A stretch of DNA of 64,000 nucleotides from assembly GCA_951406725.2 (NCBI GenBank), contig OX597831.1:26350001-26414000 (forward strand), given 5' to 3'. This document shows, piece by piece, positions 1 through 14,294 of the stretch (position 1 is the first letter of the stretch; each line of letters opens with the position of its first letter). The position numbers and the translations under genes are program-made. The notes beneath the pieces are model-generated. The model was not told where the DNA came from, searched no databases, and worked only from the letters and a program-made list of their open reading frames with translations. The stretch comes from Octopus vulgaris. Its lineage: Eukaryota.

Positions 1-238
1 GAATGTATCATTAAAAGTCTATCATCATCACTGTGTCTCTGATATAATGCAACTTACAAGGTTCTTCTTTCACTGCTTTTCTCTTTATCCTTCACTTTTA
101 CTTTCTCATGGTATATATTTCAGTTAATACGAAGATAATATACAATGATCATGATGTGAGGCATGTATGACTTTTAGTTCTCTTAATTCAGTGAATGTTG
201 GAAATACGATTATTCCACTAATCTCTCTTTTTCTCTTG

Positions 239-270
<32 letters not shown>

Positions 271-2780
271 ATTATTATTATTATTATCATTATTATTATT
301 AACAAACTATAGAGTGTTCCAAGCTCTGTTTTTCTTCATCAGTAATGCCAGTCGCTTTAACGAAGCAACCATAGAGATATTTTTCTCAACCGTTTTTATC
401 TAACTGCACATACAACGGATTCCTATTTCTTGTATAAATTTTTTTAGGATCCTATCTTTCTATATGCACTGCTTGTAGCTGTAGCAATCTTTCTATAAAT
501 ACATACACACACACATGTGCATATATCTGCATACACACACACAGACATACTTTAATATATATGAATGCTTTGTTTAATCTATAACTTTTGAATATTATAT
601 TAGACAAAATATTTTGCAACTTTTTTTAATTATAATGCTTATCACAACATTGATGAAGCTTTTCAAATACGGCTTCAATTTTTATTGTGAAAATTTCTCA
701 TTCATCATTTTATATATTTGTTAAATTTATAAAACCGTGAGTTTTAAAAACAAATTGGACTTATAATTTGAAATGATAATAAATGTCATGTTTAAATTTC
801 TATAGTTTATGTATTTTTACTTTTCTCTGAAACTAACGACTACAGTTTTAATATATTTAATTACCAGCTCTTTTGTTTCAATATAAAATATTGTCAAAGT
901 CTAGAAAGTTTGACCATCTCAGCTATTACGAAGCTTAATTTAGGTTGGATATAAAGAAAAACAGTAAGCCTGAATGAAATAAGGTAAATCTACAAGTAAA
1001 ATAAATCTAATGTTTTTACTTTTTATTTTGACAATGACTAAGAGATTTTTAGCAAAAATATCAGTCGTAATATTTCTCAAAAATGAAAAAAAATACAAAC
1101 AAAAAAAATAAACCTTCTATGTGCCAGATTTTAATATTGTATATATGAAATCTCCTGAGAATCATCTAACCACCATTTAATGGCCATAGATGAAATGTGA
1201 AATGCGTATTACATGTTATTTTCCCTTCTATTAATAAGATGGAAATTTTTTTTTTTATAAAAAATATTGAAGTATGAAGAAAAATCATTAAAGCATTTTC
1301 TTTTCTTTTTTTTTTCCAATTATCAGTTCTGATGCATGACTGACTATGTTCCTCTATTTTCAGTAGATTAAAAACTGATATATAATTACTCAGTGAAAAC
1401 ATCTTTCACCAAACAATCAAATCCGTTGTGGATGTTGTATTTCTGCCTTATTCATCTTGCTATAAATATGCTTTCCAAGCTTCATATTCTAATATGCTGC
1501 TTCTTTTGTTTCTAGTCGTTACCTTGTTTTGTGCATGCTGAATAACTTTCGCACTGACCACATATGAAACTAGTTAATTGAATTTTTACATTATTATTAT
1601 TTTTTTTTTTTTTTTTTGAGAGCCTTTAAAAACCCTGATAAAGGACTGGTTGCTGAGTAAAGCGTGGTGTTTTTTCTTTTAGTATTTACATTTTCTTCTT
1701 CTTTTAGAGTAAAAATAATGACCATTTGAGAAATATAAAATACAGTCTCCTTTCACTCATTTTTCTCTATCATGGTTTAACTCTTCCTACATAATATTAT
1801 TTCAGAACTGTCGGTAAGGACACACTTCAATACATTGATTCATATTATGTTTTGTTTATAGAAAAATTAGGTTTGCTCTATACTATTACAAACATGAGAT
1901 CAAACCATTATATTAGATAAATATAAATCATTTTTCATAACTTCAGAGGTAAACAGAGGTTTATAAAATAAAAATAACATGATGTTGTTAAAAATGTATT
2001 ATATACACTAGAAACAAAACAATATTGACTTTGTAATTTTCATTTACAAATCAAGCTTATCTCATAACCGTTAGTTTTTAGCTTTTTTTCCTTTCCCACT
2101 TTGTAAGCTTAATAACAATGTTGACAGAAGCATTACTGTTGAAGAGCATATTGGGAAAATGTTCAATCTATAATTTCCTTATATTTTAGCATTATCATAT
2201 ATATACTTTAGCTTAGCATCATCCGGTAAAAATATTTGAGAGAGTTTTTTTTTTTTTTTTGTTCTATAAAGATTGGTGAGAAAGAAAGTTACAGAAGTTT
2301 TTTGAAAAATTATGAAATGTTGACTTAGAGCAAAGACAGTAATAAAGTCAACAATTTCATAACAGTTTAAAGCCTTATCATCATCATCATGAATATCGAA
2401 GTTACATGCATGTGTGTGTGTGTGTGTCGGGTGTTACTAACTGCATTGACAAAGCAAATGGAAATAGGTAAGAACAACAGGAGAGTTGCAAGAAAGATGT
2501 TTCAATATTCCCAAGTCTTGGGGGCCTTCACTTCAGTTTTAGTGGTATAATAAAAGTCATGACATGAAGAATCAGGCTCAGCATTTGGTAGTAAATTCCA
2601 TGTTGCACCAACAAACTAAGCAAGCCTTTCAAAGGAAGCAGTTGCTGCTTTTTCAAGTTGAAGTAGCACGAAAATAAAGCAGGCAAGCATCAGGCTCTGT
2701 TTTATTGTACAGAAACTTGTGCAGACTGAAAATTGCTCATTAAGTGACTGCTGTGGATGTCTATGTTGATTTGAACATAA

Positions 2781-3193
2781 GGTGGCGAGCTGGCAGAAAC
2801 ATTAGCACGCCGGGCAAAATGCTTAGCGGTATTTTGTTTGCCATTACGTTCTGAGTTCAAATTCTGCCGAGGTTGACTTTGCCTTTCATCCTTTCGGGGT
2901 CGATAAATTAAGTACCAGTTAAGCACTGGGGTCGATGTAATCGACTTAATCCCTTTGTCTGTCCTTGTTTGTCCCCTCTATGTTTAGCCCCTTGTGGGTA
3001 ATAAAGAAATAGGTATTTTGTTTGCCATTACGTTCTGAGTTCAAATTCTGCCGAGGTTGACTTTGCCTTTCATCCTTTCGGGGTCGATAAATTAAGTACC
3101 AGTTAAGCACTGGGGTCGATGTAATCGACTTAATCCCTTTGTCTGTCCTTATTTGTCCCCTCTGTATTTAGCTCCTTGTGGGCAATAAAGAAA
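2781..3193 (+). mobile_element. tRNA-derived SINE family A, with internal tandem duplication
   Basis: Head GGCGAGCTGGCAGAA...GAGTTCAAAT (A/B-box-like) and central GCCTTTCATCCTTTCGGGGTCGATAAA. Body 2829-3010 is repeated at 3012-3193. Flanking direct repeat TTGATTTGAACAT. Confidence 0.88.
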
Positions 3194-4056
3194 TATATAT
3201 TGATTTGAACATTAACAGATAGCCATCAGCATCTTACCATGCCCAGGGTGTCAGCAGGAAGTGCACAACTCTTTGGTCTTCTGCACAACATGAGGTTGCT
3301 CCTCACAGCCCATCAATAACCCACAATGGTTTTGATAAACTACCACAAATCTTTACCCTATTTTATAGTTTTCTGCACATGGCTAGAGTGTGATTCACTG
3401 TGTACATGACGATTTCTATAGTGGCAAAATGCAGTCTACTTGAGTAAAAGAACAGCCAGCAGTAATACACACACAATAAAACAATCTGATTTGTTTGGTA
3501 TTTACTGCCACTGATGCTCTGTAACTTCTTTCACGGATGTTTCATTTAAGTAAAAACAATTAGGCGGTCCTTAGAAAGACACAAATAATGATTTTAGTAG
3601 GCTTTGCCTTCCCTTACATTAATCTGGATTCAGCTAAAATATGAAAGTCAGCAGGAGTATAACAATTCCCATGGTAGCAATACATAATGGATACATCAGG
3701 ACATTGTAAAGCATTGGAGCCTTGAAAGAGCAATAGCTATCATATTCCAAACTAAATTACCTAGGTCAAAGTGATAGGTGGTAGCTTTCACCAGGCAGAG
3801 CAAAAATTTGTGCAGCGCAAAAACAGTTTATCAGTAGGTGCCCATCCTACATAATTTCACAATTGATTTATTCAGTTTTAAGTGATAGTGATGTAATGAT
3901 TAGGCAATGGATGATAACATGTAGAAGAAGAATAACACAATGGTTTTAGTTAGCTGCCAGTGATATTTTTCTGAAACTGCTGCCAAGGTTGTTGTCATGT
4001 GGTGATGTTGTTTACAGCTTTTTTCTCAGTTTTATTAGAAACAACGAAAAAAATAT

Positions 4057-4230
4057 GGAGTAAAGATTATTTGCCAACATAACATGGCAGTCCTGGTTTA
4101 GGACAAATGTTGCTGTAATTTAGCCCCAGGAGACATCGTCGCCAGCTGACTATACGACACGATTAGTGTCCTTATATTTTCAAACAAGGGAATCTAGCAC
4201 CCCCACTCAGCTCAAAACAATATATGTGTA
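4057..4230 (-). mobile_element. Copy of the 53918-54135 repeat lacking the ribozyme core
   Basis: Direct sequence similarity to 53918-54092. Confidence 0.65.
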
Positions 4231-4992
4231 TAGTGATTTTTTTTTATTTGTAGTCATTTGTAGAATGACCCTTCAAGGCTGCTATAGGGTCTATGCAATT
4301 AACCTCAAGCCAGCGCCAAGCTCTTGTGCATCAAGAAAATAGCAATAACAAAAGAGAGGTTACATCCAGTTCTTGTGTTCATTACAGTTTGTCCAAAGTT
4401 AAAGCAACCAAATGTTTTATTCATCCTCAAACCATGCAGCTGACACACAATCCAGTTTAATCCACTTTAGCACAAGAAAGAATGTTGTTTATTTCTTTCT
4501 CTAGCTATACAGCTGACATATGACCCCAACTGAAGAATATTCAGCCTTCTTCCACACAACTTTGAGGGGGGAATTATGATGTCAGTGGTGAAGAAGCTCA
4601 AGAGATCTCAGAGTGATATGTAGGTACCTCATTCCAAATATGAAGTTTTGTTGTAGGTTAAGGCCTTTCTCGTCTTGTTCTCTTCAAACATGTTGAGAGT
4701 AAGTCCCCACCCCGCAAACAACGGGTTTCAATTTCAGATAAGCAATTCTTTTGGTGCTGCAACTGTATGCAAGTACAAAACTTAGATTGAGATGTTTTTG
4801 TAAAACAACTCAGATCTGTCTATGGTTCCATATACTGTCCTGGAGGTACTCTACAGAAGTATAAAATAACCAATCAGATTGCTTTTATTATAACTGAACA
4901 TAAAAACAAACATTACTATATGTGTGTGTTTGTGTGTGTGTGTGTGGTGTGTGTGTGTGTGTGAGTGTAATTATATATGCTTTTGTTCCTTA

Positions 4993-5397
4993 ACTCATTT
5001 CAGTTATTAGACTGAAGCCATACTGGGGGATCAACTTGAGGAATTTTAGCTGAATGAACTATCCCAGTATTTATTTTGAAGCCTGGTTCTTATTCTATCA
5101 GTCTCTTTTGGTGAACTGCTAAGTTACAGGGATGTAAACACATCATCACTGGTTGTCAATTAGTAGCAGAAGAAGCACAGAGAACAAACACATACATACA
5201 CACACACATATATATATATATATATACATATATATGACAGGCTTCTTTCTGTTTCCATCTACCAAATCTACTCACAAGGTTTTGGACGGCCTGAAGCTAT
5301 AGTAGAAGACACTTGCTCAAGGTGCCATGCATTGGGACTGAACCCAGAACCATGTGATTGGGAAGCAAGCTACTTACCACACAACCACACCTGCACA
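4993..5397 (-). mobile_element. tRNA-derived SINE family B with internal (CA/TA)n
   Basis: Similar to 40175-40560 and 49850-50275; tRNA-like head on the minus strand (GTGTGGTAAG...GGTTCAGTCCC). Confidence 0.8.
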
Positions 5398-5541
5398 TAT
5401 ATATATATATGAACGGCAACGGGAAACTCGGAGTAACAGGTTTTGTTGAATTTTCTGCTGCTTTAAATAAAGCATATTACTCTACCACTGGTATTTGAGT
5501 ACTCTTTTTTCCACCTTGTTTAACATTTATGTGTTTACTCT

Positions 5542-5623
<82 letters not shown>

Positions 5624-6199
5624 AAGAGAGGGACAGACAGACAGACAGATATGTATCTAAAACCCCATGTACATAAAGGATCAACCAAGTTACATGTGTC
5701 AGAAGACAACTACTCAATATAAAGATTTACAAATTTAAAACATTTGTGTATTTTTAAAAATGTGTCAATCCATTAGGTTACTCAGATTCAGAGCATCTAT
5801 TTTTGAACTAGATATCAATCTCTGAATAAAGAACAACATCAATTATCTAATGTATGACTACGCCATAACATTTATTTTCTTCCACTGAGAGCTTTAAAAG
5901 TATTCTCAGAAAATTTCAGTTATTTAAAATCACAATAAAGGTCAAAGAAGTGTAAGCAATAAATAAGAAACATGGTTATGTACCATATGAGAATTTGAAC
6001 CAGTAAAATAGAAAATTTAAGAGGATATCTTATAATTAAGGAAACAACATATGGAGTCAGTGATTGATATTGGTTTATTGTAGAATATCTATAGTAGTAA
6101 TGATGATATTTTTGTTCATAACATTTTTTTTTTACGACCGGTCCTATTTTCAAGTTACTTGCCATATTTATGGAACACTTTTATTGAATGAAAATATAT

Positions 6200-6410
6200 A
6201 ATATATATATTAAATATATTACAAATATATATTATATGTATTATATATTACATATATGTATATTATATTTATTATATATATATATTATATATATATAATA
6301 TTACACAGACACACACACATATATTACATATATATATACATATATATTATATATACATATATATATATTATATATACACATATATATATATGCATATATA
6401 TATATATTAT

Positions 6411-6455
<45 letters not shown>

Positions 6456-6530
6456 TATATTATATATATACATATATCATATATATACATATACATATAT
6501 CATATATATACATATACATATATATATTTT
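6200..6530. repeat. (TA)n/(TACA)n microsatellite
   Basis: Directly visible. Confidence 0.95.
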
Positions 6531-6660
6531 TTATATAAAATTACAAATTGAGATAGGGGTTGTGAGTGCAACCCACCATGGGATAACATGTATCCAATAT
6601 ACTGCTAGTAAAGCACCCAACAAAGTTAATACATAAATGTTAAGAATTGCGATGCAATTA

Positions 6661-6701
<41 letters not shown>

Positions 6702-6999
6702 ACAGATATGTATATATGTAACATATATATTATAGAATTAAAGGTAATGCTATTGAAATTTAGGAGTAATCCTTATTTTTAATATTATCAGTATATATAT
6801 ATATATATATATATTACAGTGAGGGTGCATGTCTTAGTGGTAAGAGTCTTGAACTTGTGATCACAAGATCATGGTTGCATTGTATTCTGAAGGAAAATGC
6901 TTCAATTCACATTGCTTTATGATCACTGTAAGCAAATCATTTGTGCAGGTCATTTGGCTAAAGCTAAACTCTCATACATCATTTTCAACAGGGGAGTCT

Positions 7000-7052
<53 letters not shown>

Positions 7053-7059
7053 CATATAT

Positions 7060-7503
7060 ATGGCTGATACCTGTGTTGCATAACTGGCCCATTTAAAAGT
7101 ACCCTTCAATCATCGAGCAATATGCTGTGTTTGAGAAGACCTGTTGAGTGAAGTGAAATCGTAATCATGGCTGATGCCCGTGCTTCCTGCCTGGCTCCTG
7201 TGCCAGTGGCACATAAAAAACACCATTTGAGTATGGTCGATGTTAGTGCTCCCTAACTCAATCCTGTGCCAGTGGGTCATAAAAAGCATAATTTGAGAGT
7301 GCCACCTGATTGGTCCTCATGCCAGTGTCACCTAAAAAGCACTCACTACACTCTCAGAGTGGTTGGCATAAAGAAGGGCATCCAGCTGTAAAAACCTTGC
7401 CAGATCAGATGGGCGCCCAGTGCAGCCTCCTGGTTTGCCAGTCCTCAGTCAAACCGTCCAACCCATACCAGCATGGAAAGCGGACGTTAAACGATGATGA
7501 TGA
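7060..7503 (+). mobile_element. Retroposon family C copy
   Basis: Same internal repeats and CCAACCCAT...GGACGTTAAACGATGATGATG tail. Confidence 0.78.
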
Positions 7504-8534
7504 GGAGGATATATATACACACATGCACAAATCTGGAAATCAGAATACAGAAAAACAAGCACCACATTTCGTAGTCTCTGTTCTGTTGTTTATCCTTGAC
7601 AGATTCTGTACAGCTTTGTTAACATTAAAGCTCATTGATAGTTTATTTTCATTAGTTTCTCTTCTATGGCATTTACAAGGAATAATCACAATAGAAATAT
7701 GAAACTGTTTCATTCATTATATCAAAAGCTGCAAAAATCTCTTTACTTTTTTTTTTATCATTTCACTTATAAGAGTGGTTTGATGATCGCAATATAGAGG
7801 ATCTAAATATTGTATTACAATATTTGGGTCATGTCATTTAATTCAACCATTTATTCATTAGACTTATTAAAAGAATAGAACTAAAATGTCGTATTTAATC
7901 ATTTGCTATCTATACTTTGAATGGTAAATAACTCAATGTCTTAAACGTAACCTGACATATGAAGCTTATTAAACAGGTAGAAATAAGACTTTATCTTACA
8001 AAGTTCACATCATAAGATATATTTTGATTAAGTAGGAGGTTATGCATTTGATGAATAACTAGATTTTTGTCAGGGGTGGGAGGAGTTAAACTGTTGTAAT
8101 TTCAAATGTAAATTTTCTTTAACCCTTTTGATACCAACCCGGCCAAAACCGCCTCAGGCTCTGTAGTACACAGAAAGGCCCTTTTACCACACCTTCTTAC
8201 TTCCTTAACAATCAGAATTTCATTTAGTCTCAGTTCCTGATTGAAAATAATGCTATCCAAGTGTTATTCTATGTGTCAATATAGTTGTAAGGTTATTTTT
8301 CCATTATTCCACCTTCATCAAATGAAAAGTCAGGTATTCTAACAATAATCCATCCCCTCACTTAAGTGCTCCACAATTAAGGCAGCATCTGCACACTCAT
8401 AAAATGTTAAATCCTACATTTATGGTGACCTACTACACACAGATACATGTACAGATATTTACTTGTATATCACCTTTTCCTTTAGACATAAAGATATATT
8501 GAAATGTGCATATATATATATATATATATATGTG

Positions 8535-8781
8535 GAATTAAAGAAGGAAAATGCACACACTTTACATAGTTTTGATATATTCTTTAATATATTTTATATT
8601 ATTTGTCGACTGGTTTCACTTTTGCTAATCATGACATTAAAATTATTTTAATTATGTATTTTCTTAAAGAAAAATAATTTTAATGTCTTGATTAGTGAAA
8701 CTGGTCGACAAACACAATATAAAATATATTAAAGAATATATCAAAACTATGTAAAGTGTGTGCATTTTCCTTCTTTAATTT
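8535..8781. repeat. Long fold-back inverted repeat
   Basis: Arms about 8535-8650 and 8670-8781; the outer ~65 bp are essentially perfect. Confidence 0.9.
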
Positions 8782-10139
8782 CTTATATATATTACATCTC
8801 ACCATGTCAAGATAATTGAAATTCCTCCCTTTCTGTTATACATATATATATATATATATTTTTTAACTGAATGGGTAAAAAAAAAAGAGAAGTGTGTGTA
8901 GTGTTGCATTAAATAATAAGTTCCAAAATTTAAGCAAAATCACCACAAAGGGACAAATAGAAAGTTCACACACATGATGGGACATTGCTAATTCCTTATC
9001 AGTTAGGCATGAAATTGTAAGGATCCTTTGGACAATAACTGATGGGGAATCAGCAACTTTTCAACATGCATGTGAATTTTCTGTTTTATCCTTTGTTGTG
9101 TTTCAGTTTAAATTTTGGAACTTTGCGTGTGTGTGTTTGTGTGTTTTGACATTAGCTGAGAGGAAATCTGGATTAAAAAAAGAAATCAGGTGTTGTGTGC
9201 AAGGAGACTGAATTGATACAGACAAAAGATGCATTTGGAGGATGACAACTGAGTAAAAAAAAAGTCTCAAATAATCTGACTGCAGGAGAGAAAGATCACA
9301 GAAGACATGAGAAAATATATTTCCAGAGACTAAACCTGAATAAGAAAGTTACAAAAGATAATGCACATGACATGATCTATAAACCCATAAAAGCATGGAA
9401 AAACAATGTAAAATGATGATGGCATCATATATCAACTAATTGCACTTCCGTTTCTCATTTAGCTTGTTACTAATTCCAGTTAAAATATCCATTTCATTTC
9501 TCTGATATTATCTTTAATGAGAAATACTTTAAGAGAGAGAGAGAGAGAGAGGTGTGTGTGTGGGGAGTGTATTTCAAAACTGTAATGATCGTTAGATATC
9601 AAGTTGTTTTTACAAAATAGTATAGCAATGAAACAAACAATTAATTACATTCTAAATTGTTAATTAAAATAGATTACGTTCTGAATAATTCCAAAGATCA
9701 CAAGTTTTATAAGGTTTTCAGTGCCAGTTATAACCATTTTGCTTAAGAACAATTTCTCTAAAGCACTTAACCATTCTTCTAATAAAATTAATAATAATGA
9801 TTTCTGGTGCCAGTATTATTATTAAGAAGAAGAAAAAGAAGGGCAGTGGATTGACAGAATCATTAGAGTAAATAAAATACCTTATGGTATTCGTTATGAG
9901 TTCAAAAACTCATAAAAAGAGGTTAACTTTATTGTTTATCTTTCTGAAATAGGTAAAGTACCAGTCAAATACTAGAGTTGACTTAACTCCTCCCCACTAA
10001 TTTGTTGCCTTTTGTATATAATTACAGTTGTTATTTTCACTAACATTAGAACATTCTTAATGTAGAATTTGATATTATAATTCCATTTGCCTTCTTTAGT
10101 TAATAATCATAATATTCTACTCATTGACAAACTGTGCCT

Positions 10140-10592
10140 TTAACCCTTTAGCATTTAAACTGGCCATATCCGGCCAAAAGTATTCTGCTTGTTCTATGTT
10201 CAAACTGGCCAGATCTGGTCTCTCACACCAACCCTACAATATCGTTTTAAAAATTAACAGCTACCTCATCAAAATCTCATAGCTACAAGATAATGCATGA
10301 TTAGTTCAAAACAATGTGGATGAAAAGGGCATTAATTTTGGCAGAATGATGCGAACACTAAAGGGTTAAACCTTTAACATTTAAACCAACCACATCTTGC
10401 CCAAATACTTTACCTGTTCTATGTTTAAACTGGCCAGATCTAACCTCTCACGCTTATGCTACAATGTCATTCTAAAAATAAAGAAATCACATCATTGGAA
10501 CCTCGTAGCTACAAGATAATACCTGATTAATTCAAGACTGTGAATAAATAAGCATCGCATTTGACAGAATATTCTGAATGCTAAACGGTTAA
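10140..10592 (+). mobile_element. Two head-to-tail TTAA-flanked (piggyBac-like) MITEs
   Basis: TTAA-CCCTTTAGCATT...TAAAGGG-TTAA. Units 10144-10365 and 10370-10588 share one TTAA. Confidence 0.8.
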
Positions 10593-11138
10593 TGTAATTA
10601 AACATTATTAAAGTGTTTAGCCTGTGAAATTTCTATATCTCACAGACTTAATAGTACATATGATTCAAAGACATTTTTTAATAATGTAGTAAACTATGTT
10701 ACAAATTCATAGTAAGACTAAGTTAATTAATTTACAATTATTGAATTAAAGTTGAGTACTTTTGGTTGTGTGAAAGTTGTCAGCTCCAGGTTCCATTGTC
10801 CTTAGCAGCTTAATCAATATTTTGTGTCTTGTAGCAACCTAGAATTAACACAAGAAGTGTATGTTCTTAATGCTAGAGTGATGTTGATTATATGTAGTTA
10901 TAGCGTTATTTCCTTACACCAATCAACAAAACAAAAGGAGTTTCACTATACAAGTGGTCATAGTTATTTAATTAGCTTATTTTTACCTAATTTTTTTTTA
11001 ATTAATCAAGTAAAACTATAACTCTGAATCACAAAATGTAACACTGCTTAGGAAAAAAAAAATGATGTTTTTATTCCTGCCAGAAATGTACATAAACTGA
11101 TATTATATTTAGTAAACTGATATTATATTATATTTCAA

Positions 11139-11370
11139 AGGCAGCGAGCTGGCAGACACGTTAGCGCGCCGGGTAAAATGCTTAGTGGTATTTCGTCTGC
11201 CGTTACATTACGAGTTCAAATTCCGCCGAGGTCGACTTTGCCTTTCATCCTTTCGAGGTCGATAAATTAAGTGCCAGTTACGCACTGGGGTCGATGTAAT
11301 CGACTTAATCCGTTTGTCTGTCCTTGTTTGTCCCCTCTGTGTTTAGCCCCTTGTGGGTAGTAAAGAAATA
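11139..11370 (+). mobile_element. SINE family A, full length
   Basis: Same family; target-site duplication ATATTATATTTC at 11125-11136 and 11372-11383. Confidence 0.9.
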
Positions 11371-13908
11371 GATATTATATTTCGTGATTATAGTTAAAGA
11401 AAGATTTAAAATTTTTAAAAACAAACTTTGTTTTTAAGAAGTTATTTCATAGTCATAGAGAATGGTCAGACCATTATCAAATTTGTCAAAAGTGTTACAT
11501 AGATATGTTCATTTTCTATTAATGAATAGAAAAACTCTTGCTTGAATTCTCATGATGGCATTGCCAAAAAAGTGAAGACCAAATCATTTTGATATAGTTA
11601 CCCAGGGAGCATATGTATCAAACAACAATTAATTACAAATAAATTATCATCTTTTGACAAAATTGGTAATAGTGGACTAACTTTGTGACCTTTTCAAACT
11701 CAGATTCCCTTGAACATTGGCATGAACAATCTGAAAACAATCCAAATTTCTTCTGTTTACTCCTCACACTTGTCTATGCTTTATAATAATAAATTTAAAC
11801 ATTGAATATTAAATTGAATCTGAGTGTTGGTCAATTTTATTGTTTTCTTATTATCTTTAGAGTTAGCAAGACAATGTGAGATGTTTAGCTTAACTGTACT
11901 CTTGGGTAGTTTTTGGTTTTGTTTAGTAATACTTACACACTCACATTCACTTGAATGGATTTCCATGAAAATATTATGGTTTGGATACGATTTTCTTTCA
12001 ATCCAGAAACTAGATGGTAAAATTATAACTTATATCATACATGTTTTACTTCATCATCATCATTACCATCCATCATCATCATCATTCTTTTTTTCTTCAG
12101 TTGTTCTTCATTTTCTCCTGTTCTTATTATTAGATGGACTGACATTAGAAAAGATTCCTTTTGTCTTTCTGGAACCATATTTTAACTACTTAAAATTCTT
12201 TTAAACTCAAGTGAATATTGTTCCTTAATTTTTCCATCTATTTTTTTTTTTTTTTTTACTTTCATTGTTTCAGAGTATTGCTGGTCGTACAATGGTGACG
12301 TATTATTTTTTTTGCATTGTCTCATTACTGTTGTTTAGAGATTGTCCCTGCTCAGTTTATTCTGTTTTTTTTATCTATCTCTCTATATATATCTATATAC
12401 TTCTCTAACTAAAACAAAAAAGGGGAATATGAATTTACTTCTTACATCATCATCTTCATCATATCGAAAATTTAAAAAAAAAAACACATTCAATAACTTA
12501 TTACTCTTAATTCAAATAGAATTAAACATTTAAGAGATTCCAGTGAACATTAACAATTTCAATCAACAAATGTGAGAGAACGACATTGATAAAACTATTT
12601 TGTTTGCCTTAATCTTGTAAAGCTATCTGCATGGTTTTTCAACGATTAAGTTTTCTGGTTAAAACTTTTAATCATTTGCAATTAAATTACTTTTGAAACT
12701 AATGTTTAAAATTTTATTTTAATCCAATCTGAATTTATTTCAATGTATTGTTTTAAAACTGCCATTAATACATCTTAAACTCTTGGAAAGAAAATCATCT
12801 ATAAAGAGTTAAAACAAAGAATTATATTGTGTTTGTGTCCATCAGGTTTATGGATATTAACAAATCATTCCCTTTAGTTGGTCTGGCACTATAAACTCAA
12901 TACTTCTACAGGTCATTATAAAAATTGCACTGGAAAGATATGTGAAAACTTGATGTTACAGCTGATGTTCTCTGAAGTTTCTCCATTCCTTAGTTAAACC
13001 ATCTCAGAAGTTAGAATTCCGAGAAAATCTTCATCATCTTCAATCTCTCTCCTATCATTTCTGAGTTCTATTTGATCAACATATTCTAGACTCTTCTTTA
13101 TCCTATAATTTCTCCCTAAATAGACACTTACATTTCTCTTAACTATCCCATGTTACTACATTTAACTTGTAGAACAGCTATCATTATAATACTTCAAAAC
13201 CTTAATGTTCAGTCTTATAAAGTTTAGCAAAAACAATAATAATAATCTTTTTCCAATGATCAGTGCCATTGATATTAGATTTTGATGACTCAAATTATAG
13301 AGGAATATTGTTTATCAATAGAAAAACATAAAAATAATTTTCCAAGTTAAATTAACAACTTTATTCCCATTTGGCATAAATTTTTTGTTTTTGGTTATTT
13401 ACAAAATTCTTATAGGTGAAACGGTTAGTACACATGATTCGTTAAATAGATTATAGAAACAATTTAATTTTAAACAAAATTGATTATTAATGGACTATAC
13501 AACTATCCTTAACCAAACTTCAAACAATGATTTTTCACCAAAATATTTCCATATATGTAATTATTCATACGGACATGACATTCTTTACTTTAAATAGAAA
13601 ACAAATTTTTTTAAATGTTTTTCTCGTGATAAAATAACTTTTAAAAAAACAACAAAACATTTTACTATCTCACTGATCTGTCATTATTATAACATTGAAG
13701 TATGTTTGATTATTCATTAAAACAAATAGTTATTTTACTGTTAGTTCAATCACGTATTCCCTTTTTATGTCTGCATCTTCAACTGACAACATTTCTCTCA
13801 ATACAACACAACATAAGCTTAGTGTCACACTGACTTTATTTCCTGCATGAAATTTTTCATCTTCAACAAAAATATAAAAAAAAAAAAAGATTAAAAAAAC
13901 TTTTTTCA

Positions 13909-13947
<39 letters not shown>

Positions 13948-14259
13948 AAATCGGAAAAAAAAACAAAAAAAAAAAAACTATTTATTATTTTTTCAAATGT
14001 TTGATATGTATTTTATACATTTGCATTACACATTTATTTTGCTATGTTGCTCTGCAGCTTTCTTTGAACATTTTTGCCTTTTGCATGGATATAGAATTAT
14101 GTTTCACAATTCTTTTCTTTTATTACATTCTGCATCATGCATGGTTTTTGCCTCATTAACAGTTGTATTTTTTCGTGAGTGTGTGCGTGTATTTGAATAT
14201 GTGTGTGTACATATATGCATGTATATATATGCGTGAGTGTGTATATAAATATATATATA

Positions 14260-14294
<35 letters not shown>

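Noticed and set aside
305-345. Other CTGATGA occurrences (341 minus strand, 20236, 37529, 48609)
   Set aside because: They lack a correctly placed GAAA and/or stems I-II; at most they are decayed relics.
1623-1656. Possible small exon after a poly-T tract (PLKTLIKDWLL)
   Set aside because: At 34 nt it would shift the frame. The donor is weak and there is no homology.
11881-12016. Hydrophobic ORF ending GAT G|gtaaaa, reminiscent of transmembrane KChIP first exons
   Set aside because: It ends in phase 1, but the next identified exon starts in phase 0. No compatible core exon was found in between, and T-rich DNA yields hydrophobic ORFs by chance.
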